IMG/VR virus record: IMGVR_UViG_3300043391_000675
Coordinates: 1 to 64,000 of that record
From: a virus
Taxonomy: Duplodnaviria > Caudoviricetes
DNA length: 64,000 nt
Strand: one strand, 5' to 3'
Shown here: piece after piece, positions 45,805 through 56,900 of the stretch
Layout of the letters: every line of letters starts with the position of its first letter
How positions within the stretch are numbered: the stretch's first letter is position 1
Program-made: the position numbers and the translations under genes
The notes under the pieces: generated by a model
Told to the model about the DNA's origin: nothing
What the model saw: the letters and a program-made list of their open reading frames with translations, nothing else
Database searches by the model: none

Positions 45805-48800
45805 TTAGTACCCCCGAAATGTTGGAGGGAAGAACGGTGTTGCAAATGTAGGTGGGAAGAACGGTGGGAAGAACGGTGGGAAGAACGGTGGGAAGAACGG
45901 ACCGCCCTTAAAGCTTGGGAAGAACGGTGGGAAGAATGGGAAGAACGGTGGGAAGAATGGGAAGAACGGTGGGAAGAATGGGAAGAACGGTGGGAAGAAC
46001 GGTGGGAAGAATGGAGATTCAAAGAACGGTGGGAAGAACGGTGGGAAGAACGGTGGGAAGAACGGTGGGAAGAACGGACCGCCCTTAAAGCTTGGGAAGA
46101 ATGGCCCAACTACACATGCCTGAGTTTCTGAAGTTACGCATGGGTTTCCAGAAGGACATGTTCTTGTTCTTGATTGAGAAGAGTTTACACAAGTACTCCA
46201 TGCTGACCAAGCGGTGCAACCAGCTGCTTGTGTTGCATCGCAATTGCAAGGTGTTCCGCATGCTGGATATCCAGATGTGCTGCAGGAAGTTGAATATCCA
46301 GATCCGCTACCACTAATGTTAGAGGCTTCAATTGATTGTGAGCAACCAGCGCAGTTAAAGTTAACACTTGTTGTACAGTACCATGTACTGCATGCTTCAG
46401 TTTCAGATGTTGTACAAACATTTCCTGAAGGACAAGTTCTAGTTCTAGTTCGTGTGCCACCAGAACAAGCGCTCCAGGCAGACCATGCCCCACACTGACT
46501 TGCAACGCAAACACAAGGTGTTCCGCATGCTGGATATCCAGATGTGCTGCAAGCGGTTGAGTAGCCAGATCCGCTGCCGCTTATGTTGCTACTTTCAATT
46601 GATTGTGAACAGCCAGCACAGTTGGAGTTAACGCTTGTTGTACAGTACCATGTACTACAAGTTTCAGTTTCAGATGTTGTACATGGTGATCCTGATGGGC
46701 AAGTTCGTGTTCTAGTTCTTAGTCCTCCAGAACAAGCGCTCCAAAAGCTCCAAGACCCACAAGCGTTGCTTGCAGTGGCATCACAAACGCAAGGCGTCTG
46801 GCATGCTGGATATCCAGATGTGCTGCAAGCGGTTGAGTAGCCAGATCCGCTGCCGCTAATATTACTTCCTTCAATTGAATACCCACAACCATAACAGTTA
46901 GCTGGCGTACTTGTTGTGCAATACCAACACTGTTGTGATTCTGAAGTTGAGCATGGAGATCCAGAAGGGCAGACTCTTGTTCGAGTTCTGTATCCTCCAG
47001 AACAAGCACTCCAAGCAGACCAAGCTCCGCAAGCACTATTCTGTGTCGAATCACAAACGCAAGGAGTAGCACAAGCGTAGTAAGATCCATTTTGATTACA
47101 TGCCGTTGAGTAGCCAGATCCACCACCGCTTATGTTACTGGACTGAATGGTGTAAGAACAGCCAGCACAGTTTGAGTTAAGGCTTGTTGTACAATACCAG
47201 CACTGCTCTGTCTGTGTTGTTACGCAGGGGTTACCAGCAGGGCAAGTTCTAGTTCTTGTTCTTGTATGGCTTGCAGAACAAGCACTCCATTCACCCCACG
47301 CACCGCATGCGCTTTCTGCAGATGCACTGCAAACACAAGGTGTAGCGCATTCGTAGTAAGTTCCAGTTTGGTTGCATGCCGTTGAGTAGCCAGATCCACC
47401 ACCGCTTATGTTACTGGACTGAATGGTGTAAGAACAGCCAGCACAGTTTGAGTTAAGGCTTGTTGTACAGTACCAGCACTGCTCTGTCTGTGTTGTTACG
47501 CAAGGGTTGCCAGCGGGACAAATTCTTGTACGGGTTCTTGTGTGGCTTGCAGAACAAGCACTCCACTCACCCCAAGTACCACATGCGCTTTCTGCAGATG
47601 CACTGCAAACGCAAGGGGTAGCGCAAACTGGATATGCTATTGAACTGCATGCTGTTGAATATCCAGACCCACTACCGCTTATGTTAGTTGATTCTATTGT
47701 TTGGCTACAACCAGCACAATTAAAATTAACGCTTGTTGTACAGTACCAGCAATTTTCAGTTAATACATCGTCACTTTCAACTATAGTACAATCTAACATA
47801 TTTTCAATCTTAGTTCTAGTTTTTGTTCTAGTTCCATTAGAACATTCAGAATATGGTCCGTACTCAGTATATGTAGTAGATACGCAACATGATGGAGTAG
47901 TATAACATGCAATGGAGTAGCCAGATCCAGTTGCACTTACATTTGTTGGTGACTCAAAAGTACTGCAAGATATTGGTGTCGATTGAACATAAGAAACACA
48001 ATACCATGTACCTGTTGTTTCACAAATTGGAGCCGATACTTCATAGTCATAAGAAAATGCAGTTAAATCTATATCATTAATTTTTGAAGTTGTTACAGTT
48101 ACACAGGACGGTTGATCTGATTCTATGTCTGTAACGAATATTGTATTTCCAGTTCTAGAAGCATTTCCATTTGTGCAGCTTAGCTCTATATCAAATGAGC
48201 TGATGTCTGAGTAGTTTAATATTGTAACTTTAAAAGAAGTGGCGGTAGCGTCAAATGCTCTTGATAGCATAGCCTGAATACCCCAATTAAGAACTCTAAT
48301 GCTTTCTGTAACAGTATTACTTTCTTTTAGCGGTATAGATGTTCCGCCTAATGCAGTAACAGATACATTATACAAAGCATTCTCAGTAAGTCCAGTAACT
48401 ACTGCAGATGAATCTGTAGTAGTTACTGGGTATCCAGGTATAGAAATACCTGTTTGATTTCTTTTTATATCTACACGATATTGTGTTGCATTTGTAGAAA
48501 GCCAATCTACAGAAAATGATGTTCTTGTTCTATTAGAAAATGTAATAGTTGGATCTTCAATAACTCCTGGCTGCCAGTCTATAAACGCAAGCTCTTGAGT
48601 TGGACCAATTTCAGAATATCTTACACCAGTAAATTCTCTATAATAATCATCAGCTATGATTGACAGCTCCCACTGATAGCTATCATTAGGGTCTAAACTA
48701 TTTGGCAAATTGATTGTTACTGAAGTGTCAGTGAGCAATACTGGTTCTGGCACATAAAGCTTTTGAACACCTGCACTATCATATAAGCTTATTATCTGTG

Positions 48801-49521
48801 ACCACATATATGTCGGAACCTGAGCGGGTGTTATTGTTGCTGGATCGTATGCCCAAGATAGGGTTACAGATGTCTGAGTTTCATCTGTAATATCAAATGA
48901 TGATATGTTAAACCAGTATCTGGCTGCAATTCCTAGGCCTGGAAAATTAACATCAGCTTCCCCACTACTATTTTCAGCTTTTATTTTGCCTCTAAATTTT
49001 ACTTTATTAAGCACATTTGCTTTTGTTATTAATGGCCTGTTAGATGCGCTCACTGGGACTTGATATAGATAATCTGCATCTGAATAATCATCATATTGTT
49101 TAACTACAGGTGTTATTAAATCTGTCCATGTAGAATATGGAGGATCTGATTTTTGTATATACATAGTAAATTTTGTAGGCTCTTCATTCCATTGGCCTCT
49201 TACTAAATACATTTTGTCCCCATTAAAAGGAGAATCTATTGATTCAAATCCGTCAGAGCTAATAAATGTAAGTGATGGTGGATTTGCTGTTTCAGCATTA
49301 GGCACATTAGTTCCAAATATTTTAAACCAAAGTCCTGACGTTCCTAGTTGCCAAACACTTTTTACTCTTAGCCAGCCATCAATAACCCATGGGTTAGAGC
49401 TTAATCCAGAGTTTATTGTGTCTGAAACAGAAGCTTTTCTCCAGATGCTTCGAATCTTTACCCATCCGTTTATATTATGAGCACCAGTATCGGTTGCGCT
49501 AGTTTTTCTCCAGATGCTCAT
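45805..49521 (-). CDS. Putative tail fibre/adhesin with FN3-like domains, TSP1-like Cys repeats and (PFFP)n tail
   Basis: In the tail block; FN3-like segments (SVTLSW, FSVDW...YRV...YNVSVTA); six full 12-Cys repeats. Confidence 0.8.
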   Translation of the reverse strand: MSIWRKTSATDTGAHNINGWVKIRSIWRKASVSDTINSGLSSNPWVIDGWLRVKSVWQLGTSGLWFKIFGTNVPNAETANPPSLTFISSDGFESIDSPFNGDKMYLVRGQWNEEPTKFTMYIQKSDPPYSTWTDLITPVVKQYDDYSDADYLYQVPVSASNRPLITKANVLNKVKFRGKIKAENSSGEADVNFPGLGIAARYWFNISSFDITDETQTSVTLSWAYDPATITPAQVPTYMWSQIISLYDSAGVQKLYVPEPVLLTDTSVTINLPNSLDPNDSYQWELSIIADDYYREFTGVRYSEIGPTQELAFIDWQPGVIEDPTITFSNRTRTSFSVDWLSTNATQYRVDIKRNQTGISIPGYPVTTTDSSAVVTGLTENALYNVSVTALGGTSIPLKESNTVTESIRVLNWGIQAMLSRAFDATATSFKVTILNYSDISSFDIELSCTNGNASRTGNTIFVTDIESDQPSCVTVTTSKINDIDLTAFSYDYEVSAPICETTGTWYCVSYVQSTPISCSTFESPTNVSATGSGYSIACYTTPSCCVSTTYTEYGPYSECSNGTRTKTRTKIENMLDCTIVESDDVLTENCWYCTTSVNFNCAGCSQTIESTNISGSGSGYSTACSSIAYPVCATPCVCSASAESACGTWGEWSACSASHTRTRTRICPAGNPCVTTQTEQCWYCTTSLNSNCAGCSYTIQSSNISGGGSGYSTACNQTGTYYECATPCVCSASAESACGAWGEWSACSASHTRTRTRTCPAGNPCVTTQTEQCWYCTTSLNSNCAGCSYTIQSSNISGGGSGYSTACNQNGSYYACATPCVCDSTQNSACGAWSAWSACSGGYRTRTRVCPSGSPCSTSESQQCWYCTTSTPANCYGCGYSIEGSNISGSGSGYSTACSTSGYPACQTPCVCDATASNACGSWSFWSACSGGLRTRTRTCPSGSPCTTSETETCSTWYCTTSVNSNCAGCSQSIESSNISGSGSGYSTACSTSGYPACGTPCVCVASQCGAWSAWSACSGGTRTRTRTCPSGNVCTTSETEACSTWYCTTSVNFNCAGCSQSIEASNISGSGSGYSTSCSTSGYPACGTPCNCDATQAAGCTAWSAWSTCVNSSQSRTRTCPSGNPCVTSETQACVVGPFFPSFKGGPFFPPFFPPFFPPFFPPFFESPFFPPFFPPFFPFFPPFFPFFPPFFPFFPPFFPSFKGGPFFPPFFPPFFPPFFPPTFATPFFPPTFRGY
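45808..46104. repeat. In-frame tandem repeat of 12-bp (ggtgggaagaac) and 9-bp units encoding PFFP/PFF
   Basis: Directly visible; includes a duplicated PSFKGGPFFP segment. Confidence 0.95.
46114..48006 (-). repeat. About 270-bp tandem coding repeats (six full plus one degenerate)
   Basis: Each unit begins WYCTTS and contains SGxGSGYSTxC and WxxWSxC...RTRxCP. Confidence 0.92.
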
Positions 49522-52500
49522 TATGCTTTCCTACTTAATATTATGTCTCCAACAGAAAACGCTTTAGTTCCTTGATCTCCATCATTAAATTGTGATCTAG
49601 AAGATGCTCCGTCTGGATAATTGTTTCCAGCATAAAAGAAAGCTCTACCCGTAGTCAAAAATCCATCTTGATTTTGTACAACCGTTGTATCTCCAGCTGT
49701 TCCATTGTTGTCGCTTTGAACAGCTAATGCAATTTTAAAAGCAGCATAAGCTTTTTTATCTGGATTTATTGAAAAAATTCCATTTTCATAAACAATAGAT
49801 CTGTTTCCTAGGCTAAAGTTTCCAGCAGATTTTGTTACCCCACCTATAGTTGTGCTTTTGCCAAGAAGGTAATCACTTGAAAAACTAGCTCCGCCCAAAA
49901 ATACGTTAGATGCAACTAAATCTGTTTTAACTTTAAACTCAGATCCATTGTATGTTAAGTTGCCATTAGCTAGTCTAAAATTACCAGATGAGGATATATA
50001 ATCAATATTGCCTGGGTTTCCAGTTCCGCTTCCTGTCTCTGGGTTCCATGTGCCTGGATCGGGTGAATCTGCGCCAGTATTTGCTGCGTACCAATTTGTA
50101 GGATTCCAAAAGAAAACATTTGATCCAACAATATTTCCTCCAGCAATTGTTCCCTGTAAACCATCTAGTTTAACTTTTACTGTGCTACTTCCATCGATAA
50201 ATGATTCTAAAAACTTTCCGTTTATTTTCCATCCACTAGTTATCTTTTTGCTTGTTGCATCATACAATCCAAAGTATCCTGACCTGGCCTCTATAGATCC
50301 AGATAGTGTTGCTTCCTTTGCAATTAAAGATCCACCATATGTTACTGAGAAATTAGGACCAGGAGTTCCTGCCCTATTTCCGCCTGCCCAAATAGCAATA
50401 TCTGATAAAGTTGTTGTATTATAAAAGCCAATATTTTCTCCGTTATTAATAGAAGTATCGGTAATGGCCCAACCACCAATACTTCCCTTCCTTGCAATAA
50501 TTCCATTAACTGGATCTAGCTGAGCATAAATTCCATTTGTTGTATTTGTAACCTGTATGCCAGAACCTACTGTGGATCCAAGCACTGTAGCAAGTTGCCC
50601 AATTTCTACCTTGCCACCAGATGTTCCAGGAACGGTAACCCTCAGCTGTCCAGGGAACACAGTGTCAACACCATTGACTTTAATTGTACCGCCAATATCT
50701 ATTGAGCCAAGTATTCCAGATGATGCTTTTATTACTCCACTGAGTTCTGCATTAACCGCTTTAACCAATCCATCAGTATCAACTTCAAAATTAGAACCAA
50801 CCTTAATTGTTCCACCAGTAATATGAAGATTTTTTGCTTTTACATATCCTGCACTAGTTACTGAGAATTTAGCATCTTCATTTGCATTTACTGAATACCC
50901 ACCAGCTACTCCTCCGCCTGCCCAAAATGCGTAGGTGCCGCTTGGAGATAAGCCAGCATACGTTCCAGTTGTTGCATTTAAAGTATTTTCAATTTTGCCG
51001 CTAGATATAACCCAGTTAGCAATTTTTGCTTTTTGAGTTATAAATGTTGCTGTAACACCGTTGTCTTCACCAATTATTTGCGTTGTTGGATTTGTTCCAT
51101 TTAAATCATTTGAGTCGTATAAAAATAAACCACGCTTATTTATAAGCATTCTTGCACCAGATAAAACTGGATTGTCATTAGCATCTAAAGTGCCAGCAAA
51201 AATAGATCCATCTGTTTTTATCTTGACAGGATTTTCAATTAAAGAAAGAGATGCGACATCTATTATAGTAACCGAAACTGCAGCAGAAATAGTAGCAAGA
51301 CCCTCTTCACATGTCCACTGGCCTTTAACCCAAACTATATTGCCAGCATTTGCTTCATCGTAAACAATCACTGGGCTTGAGTTAGAAGACGCAACAAGAG
51401 AGTAAGTTCCGTTTTCTGTCGAACTTTGGTAAACCTTTATTCCAGTAGCACTGGCATTTAAATTAGAAGATACGCTATACCCATTAGACAATGCTGTTAC
51501 AGATATAGTGGTTGTAATTCCAGAAAGAGGATTTGGTTTTACTGCTGTTGCTAATCCAGATATTGCAACTTGCGTTGTATTTTCATTTCTATATATATCA
51601 AGGTCCGTAACATATCCGCTTGAAAAAGAGCTTGGGCTATCTCCGAATGCGTCTATAATTTTTGATCTAGTTATCTTGACTGAAGTTGTTGCAGATGCTG
51701 CTGCAGAAACTGGATACTCAAAGGATCTAGTTTTGGTTCCAGATGTAAGGTGTACTATAACATAAGATGGTAAATTTAGTGCTGGCATCGTGAAAGAAAC
51801 ATCTAAGTCTCTAACATTCCATACAGCTGATGGATTAATTACTGGGTCTGGAGGTAGGTCATCAAATACAATTTGATCATAAGCTTTTCCTTCAACAATT
51901 GGGGAATCAATAGACTGGCACCCAGAATCAGACAAGTGATTTAATTTAACATATACTGTATTCAATGTATATAATGTTATTGATGCTGGACCAAAGCCTG
52001 TGTACCTAAGAACCCAATTATATGGAGATGCTGTTTCTGAAACATAAACTCTAGTTTCTCTGTATGTTCCAATTTTAGTTGCAGGATCTTGCCAAGAAAC
52101 AATTATGCTGCTATCTGCACTTACAACTGTAGGGGCAAGCGTCGATGCTACACATATAGGGTCTACATAAACAGGTATAGTAAATGGACAATCGTCAGAT
52201 GATCCGTCTCCATATATACTTGTTATCTTTCCTGTTATTGTTGTTTGAAACACTCCGCCAAAGTTTGCCATGTTATTTGCTTGGCTAAGTGTATAGCTGT
52301 ATTGGCTTACTCCAGCTTTTGTAGCAAATGGGACGAAGATTGGCTCTTCTCCTGCTGCAGTTAAAGTTAATTGGAAAAGTCTTATTCTTTCATCACGAGT
52401 TACATTGTCTTCTAAAAATGGCTTTTCCCAAGAAACTTTTAAATCTGCAGTGCTTTCATCCCATACCGCAACAACATTAATTGGGCAAGTTCTTCTTGGG

Positions 52501-52679
52501 CCAGGTGTTCTAAAATTAAATCTGTCAGAGAACTCGCTTGTACCTAAAGTTTTATCGCTAAACACCCAGGCTGCTTGAAGAGCATAATCGGTACTACAAT
52601 CTAAATCTGGAATTACAACATCCCAGTAATCACCATCTTGTTTTTGTGTGATACCTAGATCTGGATATTGTTCTGACAT
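49521..52679 (-). CDS. Large tail/baseplate-associated structural protein
   Basis: 1052 aa; beta-rich FN3-like N-terminal half, Gly-rich IGGW/IWAGG spike-like repeats. Confidence 0.7.
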   Translation of the reverse strand: MSEQYPDLGITQKQDGDYWDVVIPDLDCSTDYALQAAWVFSDKTLGTSEFSDRFNFRTPGPRRTCPINVVAVWDESTADLKVSWEKPFLEDNVTRDERIRLFQLTLTAAGEEPIFVPFATKAGVSQYSYTLSQANNMANFGGVFQTTITGKITSIYGDGSSDDCPFTIPVYVDPICVASTLAPTVVSADSSIIVSWQDPATKIGTYRETRVYVSETASPYNWVLRYTGFGPASITLYTLNTVYVKLNHLSDSGCQSIDSPIVEGKAYDQIVFDDLPPDPVINPSAVWNVRDLDVSFTMPALNLPSYVIVHLTSGTKTRSFEYPVSAAASATTSVKITRSKIIDAFGDSPSSFSSGYVTDLDIYRNENTTQVAISGLATAVKPNPLSGITTTISVTALSNGYSVSSNLNASATGIKVYQSSTENGTYSLVASSNSSPVIVYDEANAGNIVWVKGQWTCEEGLATISAAVSVTIIDVASLSLIENPVKIKTDGSIFAGTLDANDNPVLSGARMLINKRGLFLYDSNDLNGTNPTTQIIGEDNGVTATFITQKAKIANWVISSGKIENTLNATTGTYAGLSPSGTYAFWAGGGVAGGYSVNANEDAKFSVTSAGYVKAKNLHITGGTIKVGSNFEVDTDGLVKAVNAELSGVIKASSGILGSIDIGGTIKVNGVDTVFPGQLRVTVPGTSGGKVEIGQLATVLGSTVGSGIQVTNTTNGIYAQLDPVNGIIARKGSIGGWAITDTSINNGENIGFYNTTTLSDIAIWAGGNRAGTPGPNFSVTYGGSLIAKEATLSGSIEARSGYFGLYDATSKKITSGWKINGKFLESFIDGSSTVKVKLDGLQGTIAGGNIVGSNVFFWNPTNWYAANTGADSPDPGTWNPETGSGTGNPGNIDYISSSGNFRLANGNLTYNGSEFKVKTDLVASNVFLGGASFSSDYLLGKSTTIGGVTKSAGNFSLGNRSIVYENGIFSINPDKKAYAAFKIALAVQSDNNGTAGDTTVVQNQDGFLTTGRAFFYAGNNYPDGASSRSQFNDGDQGTKAFSVGDIILSRKA

Positions 52680-52680
52680 G

Positions 52681-53541
52681 CTAAACTCCGAACGATAGGT
52701 CTAGTTTAAATTCTATTGCTGCTTCTCTTCCAATTACTTTAATTAATGTTGAATCCAACATAGATCTGGCAATCAGTCCATACTCTGGGTCAAAGGTGTC
52801 CTCATCATTTATTCTAAGACCATCCATAGATACGGATGTTTGAGCAGATGTTGGAGTAACTACAATACCTAATTTTACAACGCTTTGTGCATTAAATGTT
52901 CCTGTTGATACTCCAGCAGACATATTTAAATTTTTAATATTATAACCAACTGAATGTCCAGTAAATGTAAATTGCAGATAATCTGTATCTGAGCTATATA
53001 GTCTTACTTTTAATGAAGACAGATTAGCATCATTTACTTTATATGAAAATGATAATGTGTCTGATGGGTTATATCCAGATAGGTCTATATCTCCAAGGTC
53101 ATAGGTATATTCTTTTGCCGCCGCCCCGTTTGAAGTAAATATTAATGAGCTGTCTCCAACTCTATAATCAGTTTGATCTAATGCTGGTTCTGGGCTCCAC
53201 TTGTATGGTAATTCAAAGTTAGATATGAACTTGCTTTCGTATAAATTCTTTGAGTAAGATTGTCCAGAGTATATTCCAATCTCGTTAATCTTACCTGCAA
53301 TGTTTGTAGGAATTGTAGCAGAATATATAACTGTATACCTTGCTGGTGATACAGATGTGTCTATATCTATTCCGCCCTGCCTAATTGGAACTCTATAAAA
53401 TTCAAATCCTAATCTTGAGTTTGTGTTAGATAAAGCATACTCAGTTGATGTTGCAATTCCTAATGCCATCTCCTTTGAAGAAAATGCGGAGTTACCAGCA
53501 ACAAAGTTGGCTAGAAATCTTTTACCAAATTTAGTTATCAT
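52681..53541 (-). CDS. Tail structural protein
   Basis: MITKFGKRF...ALG...LGFEFYR pattern; position in the tail block. Confidence 0.6.
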   Translation of the reverse strand: MITKFGKRFLANFVAGNSAFSSKEMALGIATSTEYALSNTNSRLGFEFYRVPIRQGGIDIDTSVSPARYTVIYSATIPTNIAGKINEIGIYSGQSYSKNLYESKFISNFELPYKWSPEPALDQTDYRVGDSSLIFTSNGAAAKEYTYDLGDIDLSGYNPSDTLSFSYKVNDANLSSLKVRLYSSDTDYLQFTFTGHSVGYNIKNLNMSAGVSTGTFNAQSVVKLGIVVTPTSAQTSVSMDGLRINDEDTFDPEYGLIARSMLDSTLIKVIGREAAIEFKLDLSFGV

Positions 53542-53879
53542 GATCTTCCTCCTTGCGTATCTGATATTGTTATTGCATAAAGGAAGCCATCTATTTGCTC
53601 TTCACTTGAATTATAAATTCTAAACTTTGCTCTCGCCCTTTGCATTCCAGATGCATCCTCATATAGCTCAAAGCCTTTTAAGACTATGTCTGAAAGTTGT
53701 GGCCTCTTTCCAGTCCTTGGATCTGGATCCCCGTCTCCAGGAGCTCCACCAGAAGCTGTTGCTGAGAATGGAAACGATGCGGTAGAGGCTTGAGTCTCTC
53801 CAGACTTGCCTTTCCATACTGCAGCTAAGCGTGGGTCATCATCAAATATGACCGCAATTTTTCCTGCTTCGATTCCCAT
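53538..53879 (-). CDS. Hypothetical tail-block protein, leaderless
   Basis: TGGTATAAT lies 6 nt before the ATG. Confidence 0.6.
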   Translation of the reverse strand: MGIEAGKIAVIFDDDPRLAAVWKGKSGETQASTASFPFSATASGGAPGDGDPDPRTGKRPQLSDIVLKGFELYEDASGMQRARAKFRIYNSSEEQIDGFLYAITISDTQGGRS

Positions 53880-53902
53880 TTATTTATTATACCATTACGT
53901 TA

Positions 53903-56900
53903 TTAGATCGCTCTACACGAAACTGTGGTAGTTACCCCTTCCGAATACTCTAATGAGCACCTTGTTATTATGTATTTATCGCTGGTTTCTGTCATTCCCA
54001 GAATGGGATAATTTATAGTAACAATATCTCCAGCGGAAAGAATTGGGTTTCCAAAAACTGTCATGTCTATGAACTTTCCTTTATTTAAGCTATTAGATTT
54101 AATCCATTCAGCCAAGGCTTTTGCATCTTCTTGTGTTTGAATCCATGAAGAGTCAAATACAACAGACTCTTTATTTTCTGAATCCGTGGACTGATCTGTA
54201 TCATAATCTATTGCTCCAGAACGCTGAATCTTGTTTCCAAGGATGTATAGGCTGGTGTAATTATTATCGTGAAGAACTACTGAAGTAGATGTATTATTTA
54301 ATAAATAGGCTTCGGCAGAAAATGGCTGTAGTCTTTGGTCTAATACTGTTACAAATTTATTGTTTGCGGTTCTAACCTGAATTGGAACTGCAGGCCTATC
54401 CTGATAAGATTCTTTCACTTTTCTTATTTCTCTTCCGATAGTACCAAATTCATATAGAGATCCTGATTGATCTGCAACATCCTTGCCGTTATTATATATT
54501 AAATCTCCGTACAGCATTGATAAAGTGTCATCTGCGTACAAACCATTATACTGGTAAGCCTTGCTTGAATTTTTTGTTTTATAAGTTGGCTCATCAATGC
54601 TCTTGGCATATACGAATTCAAAGTAAGCAATGCCCTGGCCGCAATGTAGGCCTATGTTTTTTGTAATAGAAGTTGGAGGAATATAATCATTTACAGAATC
54701 AGATCCTGAATCAACTGCTGTTATCTTATACCCATTTATAAAAGCAGTAATAGTATTTTTAAATGTACCCCCAGATACAGATTCCCTTTTAACAAGGACG
54801 TCGACTGAGTATGAGCTTCCTGCATATATACCAGACATTGTTTTTGTAGATGTCTGCTGGCTATCTTTTAAAACAGTTAGCTTATTGTTTAAAACTTTTA
54901 CAATCATAATATCTTTTTGCAAGCCAGCGAACGCAGTAGTACGAATTAGAATATAATATCCGTTTTTACCAGTTGAATCAAGACAGAATCCGATGCCGCC
55001 GACTTGTTCTGGGCTTACATCTTGACTGTCAAAAAACATTCTTGTTCCGCAAGACATGTATGAATCAGATGTATTAATTGAATTAAATGGCTTTACTACA
55101 ATATCAAAAGTCTTCTTATCTTTGTCTAAGTTAGATACCGTAAGAAAGCTTTTTGATACAGTTTCTCCTGAAGTTCTTGCTGGAGAAGTTACTGATCCAA
55201 CTCCTGGGACTAGCTTAGCAACATCAGGTGTGGCTAGCGTAATATTGTATTTGTTAAATTTATTTGAATCTGTTTCTCCAGCACCATTAACATAGGATCC
55301 CAAAGTTTTTTTGTGTATGGACTTAGAGGTAGATAAGGCACCCCTTGTTTTAATATTATATTCTCCTGTTGGGTAGAAATTTTTATATCCTGGTTTTTTC
55401 AAAGCCTCGTACTTCCATATATCCGATTGGCTTTTAATCAAAACGGGAATAGGCACACTGCCTCCTGCTGGAACGTATTGATACCATAAGCCATCATACT
55501 CAATAATTTCTCCGTTAATCATAACATAACCGCTGAATGCATCAAGTACCTTGTCTGGTCTTGCTGAGTTTATTGTGTTTGGGCTTAGCTGAAATACTGT
55601 AGTGTCATCATTAATATCTGTAGATAGTGATCCAGCTCCAAGAAATGAATCTTCAGAGGTCCAAAGTGGTGAACTTGAAGTGCTGTTTGCTGCAACAAAT
55701 GCTGTAGCGTATCTTACTCTAACCTGGTTTGCAGAAAATATTTCTCTCGAAGACAGTTTTATTATGTTAGGAGCATACGTAACTGTTTGCCCAGTTTTAA
55801 TTTCTTCGCTTGTAAATGTCCAAGATGGAGTTGCAGATTTGTCATAGATTAAATTTCTGCTATAAAAATTTAACACATTGTTTTCATCAACAAATGCGTT
55901 CATCTGAATATCTCTACACAATTCTTGCAATACATCCCATACGGTTTTATCTCCATCAGACCACCAATAAGATAAAGATGGAATTGAATTGTCATCAATA
56001 ACACCATTTGTTCTTTTAACATTAATCTTGTAGTTAGAGAATCCAACAGAGTCTAGAACTCTTTTTATAATTGCTGTTATTGGTGAATCTTGAACTAGTA
56101 ACTGTGGACATAAAGTATCTTGCAATATCTTAGCTGCATCTGTTGCCTCAACAGAAGCATCTCCAAATTCAGATATGGACCATGAGTTAACATAGAAAGT
56201 TCCTTGCACAGTTTTTTGTGAGGATGTTCCATCTCCAATGTTAACATGAGGCTTAATAACTGCATTCTTAAATAGATATATCTTTGTGTTATCTATAGTA
56301 TTCTTTACATTGTATTCAACAATGGATCTTGAAGTTGTATGTGGCTTCATTAATGACATGCTTAAATAGTTTGCTGTAATTATTCCAACTGGAACAATTG
56401 ATCCGTCATCTGCTGATGTTTCTTTGTTAATAATAAAGCTTACTATGTCTGAATCAATTGGAAGAACCCATCTTGGGCTAAATTCAATTACACCAATTAA
56501 CTTGCCCGTATTTGAATTAACTGCAGTTAAAGATATCTTCTTTAGATACTGAGTTGTAGTATATGTAGTAGGTTCTGTTGTTGACCAAGTAGTTCCATTG
56601 TAATATATTACTGCTTCCCCGCTTGAATTAAGCGTAGTGCCAGAGGCAGTTATTGTTGTGTTATCCTGCTTAACTCCGCTTATTGTCCAGGAGGTGGGTG
56701 TGTCGTGGCTAGTTTCAAACCTAGCAATGATCTTGTTGGCAGGAACTAACTTTGCTACAGTCTTTGCTTCATCTGAAAAGTATTCTAGTGAAAGGTTTAT
56801 ATTTGTATTCTTAGGGGCAAGCCAATATTTGTACACCATATCTGGTCCAGGATAATACAGTCTAGGCTTTGTTCCAAGAGATATGTCGCGGGGTGGTTCA

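Noticed and set aside
45795-46109. Alternative-frame ORF (RSSH)n
   Set aside because: It is a by-product of the 12-bp PFFP repeat, which has no stops in that frame. No SD or slippery site was seen, though a frameshifted isoform cannot be fully excluded.
45808-48006. Repeats as a CRISPR array or DGR template/variable region
   Set aside because: The repeats are in-frame coding units without unique spacers. There is no reverse transcriptase in the window, and no adenine-specific mismatch pattern was noticed.
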